DNA from: Octopus bimaculoides
Taxonomy: Eukaryota
DNA: 64,000 nucleotides
Assembly (NCBI RefSeq): GCF_001194135.2
Contig: NC_068988.1
Location: forward strand, 14,994,107-15,058,106
Reading direction: 5' to 3'
In this document: piece after piece, positions 11,394-23,965 of the stretch
How positions within the stretch are numbered: the first letter of the stretch is position 1
Layout: each line of letters opens with the position of its first letter
Made by a program: the position numbers and the translations under genes
The notes under the pieces: generated by a model
Databases searched by the model: none
Told to the model about the DNA's origin: nothing
Seen by the model: the letters and a program-made list of their open reading frames with translations, nothing else

Positions 11394-14300
11394 TGGTTAT
11401 ATGGTTAAGAGGTTTGCTCCAAGCTACTTGTTTCAAGTTCAGTCTCACTGTGTGGCACCTTGGCCAAATGACCCCTACTATAGGCACAAGCCAACTGAAG
11501 CCTTGCCAGTGGATTTCGTAGATGAAAAGAAAGAAGCTTGTCGTGTGTGTGTGTGTGTGTGCATGTTTGTGTCTCCTTGTCTTGGTATCACCCAATAGTT
11601 GTAAATGAGTGTCACTGTTATGAAAGCAGTGTCATTCATTTCCAATATTCTGACCATAAGGAAATATTCCCTTGCTTGGAAACAGATGAGGAATGTCAAC
11701 ATGAGCATCTGGCCATAGAAAATCTATCTCTATAAATTCTATCTGTAAGCATGAAAAAGGAGCAGGAGTGGCGGTGTGGTAAGTAGCTTGCTTACCAACC
11801 ACATGGTTCCGGGTTCATTCCCACTGCGTGGCATCTTGGGCAAGTGTCTTCTACTATAGCCTCGGTCTGACCAAAGCCTTGTGAGTGGATTTGGTAGACA
11901 GAAACTGAAAGAAGCCTGTCGTATATATGTATATATATATGTATGTATGTGTGTGTGTGTGTGTGTATATGTTTGTGTGTCTGTGTTTGTCCCCCCAACA
12001 TCGCTTGACAGCTGATGCTGGTGTGTTTACGTGCCCGTAACTTAGCGGTTCGGCAAAAGGGACCGATAGAATAAGTACTAGGCTTACAAAGAATAAGTCC
12101 TGGGATCGATTTGCTCGACTAAAGGCGGTGCTCCAGCATGGCCGCAGTCAAATGACTGAAACAAGTAAAAGAGTATAAAAGAGTATTAAAATAATGATGA
12201 TCATCATCATTATTTTACTATGGCCAGGTACCAACCCAGGCCACAGCAACAAAGTCTACCCGCTACACTTCTCAGTCCATCATCACTGTCTCAAGGTCCA
12301 GGATACACTCCAGGCCAGCGTCTGCAATCAAGTTGTTGATGTAAGTGTAACAACATCTTCCTCATCTTACATCACCATGAACTGGGTTCCACAAGACTAA
12401 TTTGGATGCTTCCAGTTCAGGGAGGCATATGAAGTGACCAGACAGTTGCAGTCATCTTTGCCTGATCTTCTCACTAACTTTCAGCAGGTCTCCATAAAGG
12501 CATTCATTTGTCATATGTTGCTGCCATTTCACATTTAGGGCCATTTGTAGCATCCTTGTGTAGCATCCATTTAGCACATTTGATCATTTCTTTGTCAGTG
12601 AACTGCCATATAATAGCACTGATTTGACAGTTCATCATCATGACAGATGATCATCATCATCATGACTCCACTATAAACACTATGAAAGAAAAAGTAAGAC
12701 AGAAGGAAAGGACAGTATATACTAACCCTCCGTTTGCTAGTACTGTATGAGTTCCAATAATTACTTTGTTCACCCGAGACATCATAGCAAACACAGCAGA
12801 ATCAGTGATCAACGTAGTTTCTATGTTGCTGGCAGCCAAACTCTTGGCCATTTTCTGACCCTGTTGAAAATTTAAAAGAAAAAAAAACATTTTTTTAAAT
12901 ATCAAATTTCATTAGGAAATCTTCAGAAAATAAAAATGACAATCTTACCAGAAGTATTTTATAGAAAGTTCACGAAAGACTATACTGTTATACTGATAAT
13001 GATTTCAATGTCAGAGTGTAATTTAGTTATGATACAGCATATGACTGAATAATTAAACACTAATGCTAGAAATTATAAACAACTTACATGGAAAAACGGT
13101 GCTCCTTCAGTTACCATGACCTGGAATTTTCGTTTCCGAGCTGCACTCTAGTGGAAAAAAACACAAAAAAACAAATACAAGTATATCAGATGGTAAAGGA
13201 CTGTAAAAAATAGTCAGATACTATACTAGAAGAGACACGTCTATTCCATGTCAGTATGTAAGAATGAATATAAATGAAGAGTATGGCACATAAAAGACAC
13301 CATTTTCGAGTGTGGCCGTTGCCAGTACCGCCTGACTGGCCTTCGTGCGGGTGACACGTAAAAGCACCCACTACACTCTCTGAGTGGTTGGCGTTAGGAA
13401 GGGCATCCAGCTGTAGAAACTCTGCCAAATTAGATTGGAGCCTGGTGTTGCCATCCGGTTTCACCAGTCCTCAGTCAAATCGTCCAACCCATGCTAGCAT
13501 GGAAAGCGGACGTTAAACGATGATGATGATGACTTCTATGGTGATAGTAAATAAGTAAACAAAACATTCCGGAAGGTAATTATATAAATACCATTATCAT
13601 AGGCAGAGGTGTGACTGTGTAGTAAAATGCTTGCTTCCCAACCACATGGTTCTGGGTTCAGTCCCACTATATGGCACCTTGGGCAAGTGTGTTCTAATTA
13701 TAGCCTCAGGTCAACCAAAGCCTTGTGAATGGATTTGGTAGACAGAAACTGAAAGAAGCCCATCGTATGTATATACACATGCATGTGTATTCTTTGTCTG
13801 TTCCCCACCACTGCTTGACAACTAGTGTTGGTGTGTCTATGTCCCCATAACTTAGCAATTTGGCAAAGAGATCAATAGAATAAGTACCAAGCTTAAAAAA
13901 AATAATAAAAAGTATTGGTGTCGATTGATTCGATTAAAAATTCTTCACAGTGGTACCCCAGCATGGTTGCAGTCAAATGACTGAAACAAGTAAAAGAGAA
14001 AAATATTGGAACAAAACAACCTTGCTTCCATTATGATGTCCCTCATTTACGACTATCATGGAATATCTAGATAAAGTTACAAACAAATACATACATATAT
14101 ATAGGCTGAGTTCCTTTCGAGTGTTGGGCCTGACAGAGGCAATGACCAAGACACCTTTGGCATTATGTTGTGCTTGAAAAGAAGACCCATCAAGCTGAGT
14201 AAAATTGCAGTCGTGGCAGATACTGGTGTCATGGAAATTGGCACCTGTGCTGTAAATCAAATCCACACTCATGAGCCTCTAGTTGGCTTGGGGCTAAAGT

Positions 14301-16738
14301 AAAAGACAAGTGCTCCAGGTTCCATGTAGTGGAACTGAACCCAAGACCACGAGTTTCTTAACCACATAGCTATACTTACATTATTATAAATACCTTTATC
14401 TTGTATCTCTTATTTTTTTATCTTTAATTGTTTCAGTCATTAGACAGCGGCCATGCTGGGGCACCGCTTTGGAGAATATTAGCTGAACAAATCAACCCAT
14501 GTACTTATTTTTTTTGTAATTCCACCTTGGTAATTATTCTATTGGTTACTTTTGCTGAACCACTAAGTTACAGGAATGCAAACACCCCACTAGTTGCCAA
14601 GCGATGGTGGGGGACAGACACACTCATAGATAGAGATATATATATGATGATGATATAGGATAGGCTTCTTTCAGTTTCTGTCTACCAAATCCACTCACAG
14701 GGTTTTGGTCAGCCCAAGGCTCTAGCAGAAAACACTTGCCCAAGACACCATACAGTGGGACTGAACCTAGAACCATGTGGTTGGGAAGCAAACTTCTTAC
14801 TACTCAGCTACACATGCAATGATAAATATTGTTATTTTTTGTCTTAAGACTGAAGCGTCATTGTGGCAATGATTTTAACACACACACACACACACACACA
14901 CACAACAACTTTGAAGTCTTTTTCATTATTCATCCACAACCTGGCTGAAGACTCTTGCTTTTTGTCTGCATATGAGGACTTTATTCTCAAAAATAATCAC
15001 ATCCGTTCCAATATACAGATTATTAAGTTTCTATCATCGTATCTCTGGTAAAATATATGACTGAATTTTCTCACTACAGTTAAACAATGAAGCTTAAAGT
15101 ATCTAGACACAGATGAAAGCATCAAGAGTTGTAGTCTCTACATGTTTTTAGAAGTGCATTGACAATACAAATGAAATGAGACAACTACTTAATATGTAAA
15201 CTAAGTCATAAGCTTCACTCAACAAGAGCTCACTTTTAAGTATACAGCACTCACTAATAATGATTCAGAAAATATTTTGGGTCAATTACTGAGATCAGTT
15301 TCAATGGGATTAGTTAAAAAAAAAGTTTATGAAGAACACCAGGCACTTATTGAAAACAATGTAGGTTACCTGCAATATCAGTATCATTGTGGGTGTTTGT
15401 GTGGTAAGTAGCTTGCTTACCAACCACATGGTTCCGGGTTCAGTCCCACTGCGTGGCACCTTGGGCAAGTGTCTTCTACTATAGCCTCGGGCCGACCAAA
15501 GCCTTGTGAGTGGATTTGGTAGACGGAAACTGAAGGAAGTCCGTCGTATATATGTATTTATATATATATATATATATATAGTTAAAAAAAAACAAAAAAA
15601 CAACAAAGTGAGGACGTGATATGGTTAGTATTATTGGACGCTCAGGAAAGGAAAGAGAGAGTGTATGACGTTTCGGGCGTAGCCCTTCGTCGGAAAGATG
15701 GAAAGTTCGGAGAATGGAAGAACGGAGAAAGAGGAAAATGGTACCGATGCCCACAAGGTTACATTATATATATATATGTGTGTGTGTGTTTTTGTTTGTC
15801 CCTCCACCATTGCTTGACATCCGATGCTGGTGTATTTACGTCCCCGTAACTTTGCGGTTCGGCAAAAGGGACCGATAGAATAAGTACTAGGCTTACAAAG
15901 AATAAGTCCTGGGGTCGATTTGCTCAACTAAAGGCGGTGCTCCAGCATGGCCGCAGCCAAATGATTGAAACAAGTAATAGAGTAAAAGAGTACAGAAGCC
16001 CTTAAAATGATATCATTTATCTTTATCTTTTACTTGTTTCAGTCATTAGAGTGCGGCCATGCTGGGGCACCACATTGGAGGGTTTAGTTGACCAAATCAA
16101 CCCTAAGTACTTTTTGTTAAGTGTAGTACTTATTCTACCATGTCCTTTTGTCAAACTGCTAAGTTACGGGGACGTAAACAAACCAACACCAATTGTCAGT
16201 GGTCGGGGACAAACACCAAGACGCACATGCACACACACCACAGACTTCTTTCAGTTTTTATCTTCCAAATTCACTCACAAGGCGTTGGTTGGCCTGGGGC
16301 TATAGTAGAAAAATGCGGTGCCCCAGCATGGCCGCAGTCAAACGACTGAAAAGAGTAAAAGAATAAAAGAATATATATTCTGGGCAGGGGGACAGCTACA
16401 ATAACTTGCTTTTATTCTTTTGCTGGTTTCAGTCTTTGGATTGCGACCATTCTGGGGCATCAGCTTTGATTACACCAGATCAGTACTTAATTTATTGGTT
16501 TTGAAAGGATGACGTGAAAAGACATTCGAGCGAGATCGTTGCCAGTGCCGATGGACTGGCTCCTGTGCAGGTGGCATGTAAAAGCACCCACTACAATCTC
16601 GAAGTGGTTGGCATTAGGAAGGGCATCCAGCTGTAGAAACTCTGCCAAATCAGATTGGAGCCTGGTGTAGCCACCTGGTTTCACCAGTCCTCAGTCAAAT
16701 CGTCCAACCCATGCTAGCATGGAAAGCGGACGTTAAAC

Positions 16739-16772
<34 letters not shown>

Positions 16773-19700
16773 TATATGATGAGCTTCTTTTAGTTTCTGT
16801 CTACCAAATCAACTCAAAAGCTGTGGTTGGTCTGGGGCTATAGTAGAAAACACTTACTCAAGGTGCCACATGGTGGGACTGAGCCCAAAACGACATGGCT
16901 AGGAGGCAAGCTTCTTAACCACACAGCCATGACTGTACCTCACAGCCACACTAAACTGAAATGTGCTGAAGAGGATTCATTGAATGTACCATATTAATTT
17001 TTGTAAAAGACAAGGCACAAGGCACCTTTATAAGAGAGGTGAGAACACATTAACCACTTAACCATTGAAACTTTCTTTACAAGTTTTAGGGAGAAAGAAA
17101 ACAAAGATAGATAACAAAGAAAAAGGGTGATGATGACGATGATAACGATGATGAGGAGAATGGTGATGAAAGAATAAAAGTGAACTAATTTCAAAATTCA
17201 CCTTAAGAAATGCTTCGACAGATTTGGACCAGCCTGATGTCATGATTATTTCTTTGGCATGAATATGCTCTAGTGCTTGTGATTCGATGTTTGGTATGCT
17301 GAAATTATACAAAATCATTTAGCATCATTATTATTTTCATGGTCTACATTGTTATGCTTGCATGGGATCAGATGGACTTTGTTAAGGCAGATTTTCTACA
17401 ACCAGATGCTTTTCCTGTCACCAACCTTCATCTGTTTCCAAGCAAAGAAATATTCCCCACGGTCAGACATGCTTCATGGAAGACTGGAAACAAAGGATAC
17501 CATTTATCTGACAGTGTTACTCATTTACATCTATCAGGCAGTATCAAAATAAGGAGACAGTAAGACACACACACACACTGAGCTCCATTCAGTTTCCATT
17601 TACCAAAAACCATTTGCCTATAGTTCCACACAGAGGAGCTGAAACCATGTTGATTGGGCTGGCACACTAGAAGGCTGCGCCAGGCTCCAGTCTGGTTTTG
17701 CATGGTTCTCTATGGCAGGATGCCCTTTCTAATGCCAACTACTCTGATATTTTGGTATAGGTGAGTGAGCATTCAGCTTGTTCAGGTGACAACAGATTTT
17801 GGCACAGGAAGTAAACACAAACATACACACAGGTCCACTTGGAAATATATATACATATACAGAGGGAATGAAAGAAAGAGATGGTAAGAGGGGGAGAGAT
17901 ACATAACACATACATACAAACATAACTAGGTGCTCACAGAGTAAGAAAAACAACAAAGTCAGCAATAAATCAACCAAATAGGTGGCGCCAAAATAGCTGG
18001 GACCAAAATATCTCACACCCCAAATATCATTACTTAATAGATGGAAATGTGGGAAGAATCACAAAAAAATATTATCTGAAAGCAAACTGACTTACCATGT
18101 CTCCAATTCAGATTTTATTTCAGAAATGGCTTCAATGATAATTGCCTGTATTATACAAATATTTCAAATAATAAGAATATAGAGATTGTGAAAAGAAAAA
18201 AGGAAGAAGCTTCATTGAACTATCAAATATTAAGCAAAGAAGGTGGAAAATGAACAATAGACTCAAGGGTACAATAGACTAACATTTGAAGTGTCACATG
18301 TAATAGAAAGTACAGAAAAACTGTTGAGTTTCCTTATCTATTTAAAAGATATAGATTTTAATATAATCAGCTTCTAAGGTCAAGGTGCCTGGCCTTGTGG
18401 TTAGGTTTTTGGACTCATGATAAGATCATAGGTTCATTTCCTGGATTGTTGCATCCCTGGACACGTTACATTATTTCACAATGCTTCAGTCCACTCAAAT
18501 AAAAATGAGTTGCATCAACGACAGAGCAGCACTTCATAGACTTGTAAATGCAAGATGTCACCAGCCCTTGATGGCTCCAGCACACTGGACAACGATAGTA
18601 CTATTGCAAATATGAATACCAGTAGAGACAACACAGAGTTCTAATTCTGCTGTTAAGATTGATTTTGCTTTTGAGATTGACTGATTTTATTGATCAGTTC
18701 CCCTTCTCAGAGGAGAGAAGCTGAGAAATAAATGACAATGAAATAAAACAAACAAAATGCACTCCTCCAATTCATCTTGGTGAGCAGCACTCTCAAATAT
18801 GTGCTGACTCCAGCTGTGGCAGTCCATTCAGCTTGTTGCTTACTTGCTAATGTATATATGCTTTTATTCTTTTGCTGGTTTCAGTCTTTGGACTGCGGCC
18901 ATGCTGGGTCACTAGCTTTGATTACACCAACCTGGTACTTAATTTAATGATTTTGAAAGGATAAAAGGCAAATTGAAACAAGGCCAGTACAAATCTGTCA
19001 AAGCATTTCTTAAGGTAAATTTTGAAATTATTTCACTTTTCCTCTTCAATCCCCTTAACCCCTCCTCTTCATCGCCATCATCCTCCTCCTTTCTTCTTTG
19101 TTATCTATGTTTTGTTTCTCACTAAAATGTTAAACAATGATGATGATGAGGATGAATATACCTAAAAGATCAAGTAAACAACATTCCTATCCATTAAGAA
19201 ACTGGTTATGTCCTTAAAGACGAAACTAATATTTCAGATGTTACAAATAACAGGGACTTCACTCTTGAAGTGTACTAATAGTGGAGCACTGCTAAAGTGG
19301 CTTCTACCACTATAAAAATGCATTCAGTACATTCTGTGTAATTGTTGGCAAATGAGTGGAGATAAAATATAGCTGAGTGTTCTTTTGTCTTGCCAAACAC
19401 ACAACAACCTCTTTAGAGTTAGCTACAATAAAATGAACCTGGTACACTCTGTAAGATGGTTAGTGATAAGATGGTATCAGCAGTAGAAACCATGTCAAAA
19501 ATGGAATATATTAGGTTGTCAGAAAAATTCTTCATTTATCTTGGGGGTTTTTTTTCAATTATTTTAAGAAATTAGTCAATAATATATTCTCCTTTATTGT
19601 TCCCAACTTCTAACCAACATTCCACTTGTTTGTCAAAGCCATCACTGATATTTTTTTAATTGTTGAAGAAAAATAGATTAAAATAAATACAAAAAAATCA

Positions 19701-22700
19701 AAGGCAGGTTAACTAGCAAGTTAGTTTTTGTTTGTGGCAGATGTTCAGGTGCAATAAAGACTGCAAACAAACAGGAAACAACTTCTATCTTATTCCAGGG
19801 TGAAAAACTAGAGGTAGTCGATAGCTTCCGCTATCTGGGCGACCAAGTTAGTAGTGGGGGTGGGTGCGCTGAAAGTGTAGCTGCTAGAATAAGAATAGCC
19901 TGGGCAAAGTTTAGAGAGCTCTTACCCCTGCTGGCGACAAAGGGACTCTCACTCAGAGTAAAAGGCAGACTGTATNNNNNNNNNNNNNNNNNNNNNNNNN
20001 NNNNNNNNNNNNNNNNNNNNNNNNNNNNNNNNNNNNNNNNNNNNNNNNNNNNNNNNNNNNNNNNNNNNNNNNNNNNNNNNNNNNNNNNNNNNNNNNNNNN
20101 NNNNNNNNNNNNNNNNNNNNNNNNNNNNNNNNNNNNNNNNNNNNNNNNNNNNNNNNNNNNNNNNNNNNNNNNNNNNNNNNNNNNNNNNNNNNNNNNNNNN
20201 NNNNNNNNNNNNNNNNNNNNNNNNNNNNNNNNNNNNNNNNNNNNNNNNNNNNNNNNNNNNNNNNNNNNNNNNNNNNNNNNNNNNNNNNNNNNNNNNNNNN
20301 NNNNNNNNNNNNNNNNNNNNNNNNNNNNNNNNNNNNNNNNNNNNNNNNNNNNNNNNNNNNNNNNNNNNNNNNNNNNNNNNNNNNNNNNNNNNNNNNNNNN
20401 NNNNNNNNNNNNNNNNNNNNNNNNNNNNNNNNNNNNNNNNNNNNNNNNNNNNNNNNNNNNNNNNNNNNNNNNNNNNNNNNNNNNNNNNNNNNNNNNNNNN
20501 NNNNNNNNNNNNNNNNNNNNNNNNNNNNNNNNNNNNNNNNNNNNNNNNNNNNNNNNNNNNNNNNNNNNNNNNNNNNNNNNNNNNNNNNNNNNNNNNACAT
20601 AAAAGACACCATTTCGAGCGTGGCCGTTTTCGTGCGGGTGACACGTAAAAGCACCCACTACACTCTCTGAGTGGTTGGCGTTAGGAAGGGCATCCAGCTG
20701 TAGAAACTCTGCCAAATCAGACTGGAGCCTGGTGTTGCCATCCGGTTTCACCAGTCCTCAGTCAAATCGTCCAACCCATGCTAGCATGGAAAGTGGACGT
20801 TAAACGATGATGATGATGATGATGATGACAAAAAGAAAACAAATTTATTTGACATCCCAATACAAGGGAGATGGTACTCAAGAGTTCATCTCCAAGGGTA
20901 GTAACTCTGAATAATCACGGACTCAGACCGTGATGACTCAGCTAGCTAATGCATGTCAGCAGGAAAAGCAGGCGTAATATGATGTTGATGATGAAATAAA
21001 TGATTAAAAAAGCATAAGAATTGATAGCAAATACTTTAAAAAATTGATATTTTACAACTTACTTGGAAGTCAGGCACTTGTAGTGTGTAATCATCAGACA
21101 CTCCTTCACTGACAAAACGTTTCTAGGAGAAATAACACAAAATAGTCAATAAATAAAGGGTTGAAAATTTTATGATTCGCTATTCACTAATATCTATTTT
21201 TTGTCAGTCGCTCCCATTAAATGGTATAGTTGTTCATACATATTATAATTCTGTTTCATCAATTTCTCATAACAGTTTGGAAGTATACATTAGTTACTCA
21301 AGTCAACCAGGAAATTATTAAGAGCAGCCAAAATTTCCTTCATATCACACAATGCCATCTCAAAAGACAAAAGGAAAATGACAGATTGCGCAATATAGTT
21401 CTAGATACACTACAGCAAGAGAGAGAGAGAGAGAGAGATGCTTAGTGCTGGAACACTTCTGATCACAAAGTCTGACTAATCAAAGTAGACCAGAGCTTAA
21501 ACAACGTTAACATCAGATCAGCACGACTACTGGAGTACAGTAGACTGGTTAAATTCTGTTACAAACACACATTAGGAAGCATCACTAATTATTACTTTCA
21601 ATTACACCATGAATTTAGGAGCTAGATGTTAAGAAGTAAATAATTAAAAAAAAAAATGTAATAAATAGTTTAAAAAGGAACATATATATAACAAACTAAT
21701 AACAATAACTTTTACCTTCTACTTGTTTCAGTTATCAGACTGCAGTCATGCTGGAGCATTGCCTTGAAGAATTTTAGTCGAACGAATCGATTCCAGTACT
21801 TTTTTTTTAAAGACTGATATTTATTGTCGGTTTCTTTAGAAACTGCTAAATTACCAGGACATAGAGACACCAACACCTATTATTACATGATAGTAGGCAA
21901 CAAACACAAAGACACACAGTTATATATATATATATAAAATATAAGATGGGTTTCTTTCAGTTTCCATCAACCAAATCAACTCACAAGGCTTTGGCCAGCC
22001 CAAGGCTGTAGTAGAAGACACTTACCCAAGGTGCCAGGCAGTGGGACTGAACCCAGAACCAAGTGGTTGGGAAACAAGCTTCTTACCACGCAGCTATGCC
22101 AGCACCTATATGTAACTGAACATTCAATATAGCATACACCAAGTCTCTTTATGAACACTCATCAACTTGCAGATCTCTCTATTAATGGTCCCAATCACAT
22201 TTTGGAAGAGGTGTTCATTCTTATTTCGTATTTTGGTATTTTTCAAACACCTTCATATAAGGAATCTTGCTTTATTATCCATCTAGCAAATGCCTTTCTA
22301 TTTAATGATATTATCAACTGTCAGATGTACAAACCTGTAAAGCTTCTTGTGGATCATCACCCAAGGTCTTGCCTTCGGCACTAATAACAAAAAAAAAAAA
22401 AAAAGATTGAAAGAACATTAATACCTTCATTGGAAAACATTCATAATGGAGAAAGTGAAAATATAAAGTGAAGGATGAACATTAATAACAATTTTAACTG
22501 GAAATTATGCATCACAGTTTTGATAAATACTGTCAGTGATATGTTAAATCCAATATAAGTAAAGAGCAAAATCTGACACCGTTAGTATTAAACATGACAA
22601 TAATAAGTCAAAATTGTTTGACTTACAAGTGATGGGGTGATGAAATATGTTTTGTAGGATCTGATCTTATCATTGCTAATAAACTGAATAGTCATAAGTA

Positions 22701-23900
22701 AAACAGAAGCCATTTTTAAGAAAAGCAAATTTTAAAATTTAGTGTTGGAATTTTTCTCTATTTTCTTGTAATACAAAACTAAGTAAATTTATTTGTACAT
22801 CAACTATAACACATATGGCACTTTATCTGAAAGAAACTACGGAATTTAGACAACTACAATTCATACTCAGTGGACTAATACTTTTAGGAAATATGACTAT
22901 TCAAATTATTAGCAATGATATAAAGATCCAAAAGAGAAGTTTCTTGCTTACAAATTTAAGATAATATTTGATTAAATAGTCATGAGTTAACATTTGCATT
23001 ACTAGATAATTCTTGCCTAAAAATGGATTCTGCCTCTGAAAAGATGTCACAGAGAAATTGTTGTTAATGCAATCATCATCATGAACCAAACCTTACAAAA
23101 CAGACATCTAGAAGCAGCTGGAATAGATGGTCCGAATGTTCCAACAAGCTCTGCTTTCTTTACAACAAGAAAATATTCTCAAATTGTTTGTAACATTAAT
23201 AACTAAAAGACTGTATAAGAAACTTCGGTTCACCTGGCATATTCTTCTCGGATCACTTTTAATACTCTTCGCACCATATTACCAATAACTGATTCTGAAG
23301 GCTGAACAGACATCATACGCTTGCCTTCTCGGCGAATCACATCCATCAACTCCCTGAAAATTTTAATAGATTTATAATTAACCAGACAAATCACAAAGAG
23401 TGAGTTCTTCAATCTTAGATAGTTTTCTCCATTTTCATTTGTTATAACAATAAACTAAATGGCTGAAGTAAAAATAATGTCTAAAATTCAAATTAAAATC
23501 AATCAAGTCAACCAACACTAGAAGTGGTTAATGATGAAAGTGAATTGAATGGAAACCATTCATTTGAATGGCAACATTCAACACCAGCTGCTAAATCACA
23601 TTACCCTATTGTCAGTCCGAAATGTCCATACTTGTTTTCAGACTTTTACTTAACCCTCGTTTCATGTTTTAAGCAATAAAAAGCTTTCCTTTCGTAAGTC
23701 TCAAGTTTACTCTGTTGGTTGAAAAAAATTGGGTATAAGCACAGGAGTGGCTGTGTGGTAAGTAGGTTGCTTACTAACAACATGGTTCCGGGTTCAGTCC
23801 CACTGCGTGGCACCTTGGGCAGGTGTCTTCTACTATAGCCTTGGGCCGACCAAAGCCTTGTGAGTGGATTTGGTAGACGGAAACTGAAAGAAGCCTGTCA

Positions 23901-23965
<65 letters not shown>

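Noticed and set aside
6616-21122. Several exons of exactly 60-61 nt
   Set aside because: The exons are unrelated in sequence and the lengths are within the normal small-exon range; no evidence of a mechanism.
22637-22687. C/D-box-like GTGATGA...CTGA (snoRNA?)
   Set aside because: It is antisense to the host gene EIF2B2, has no terminal stem, and such motifs are common by chance here.
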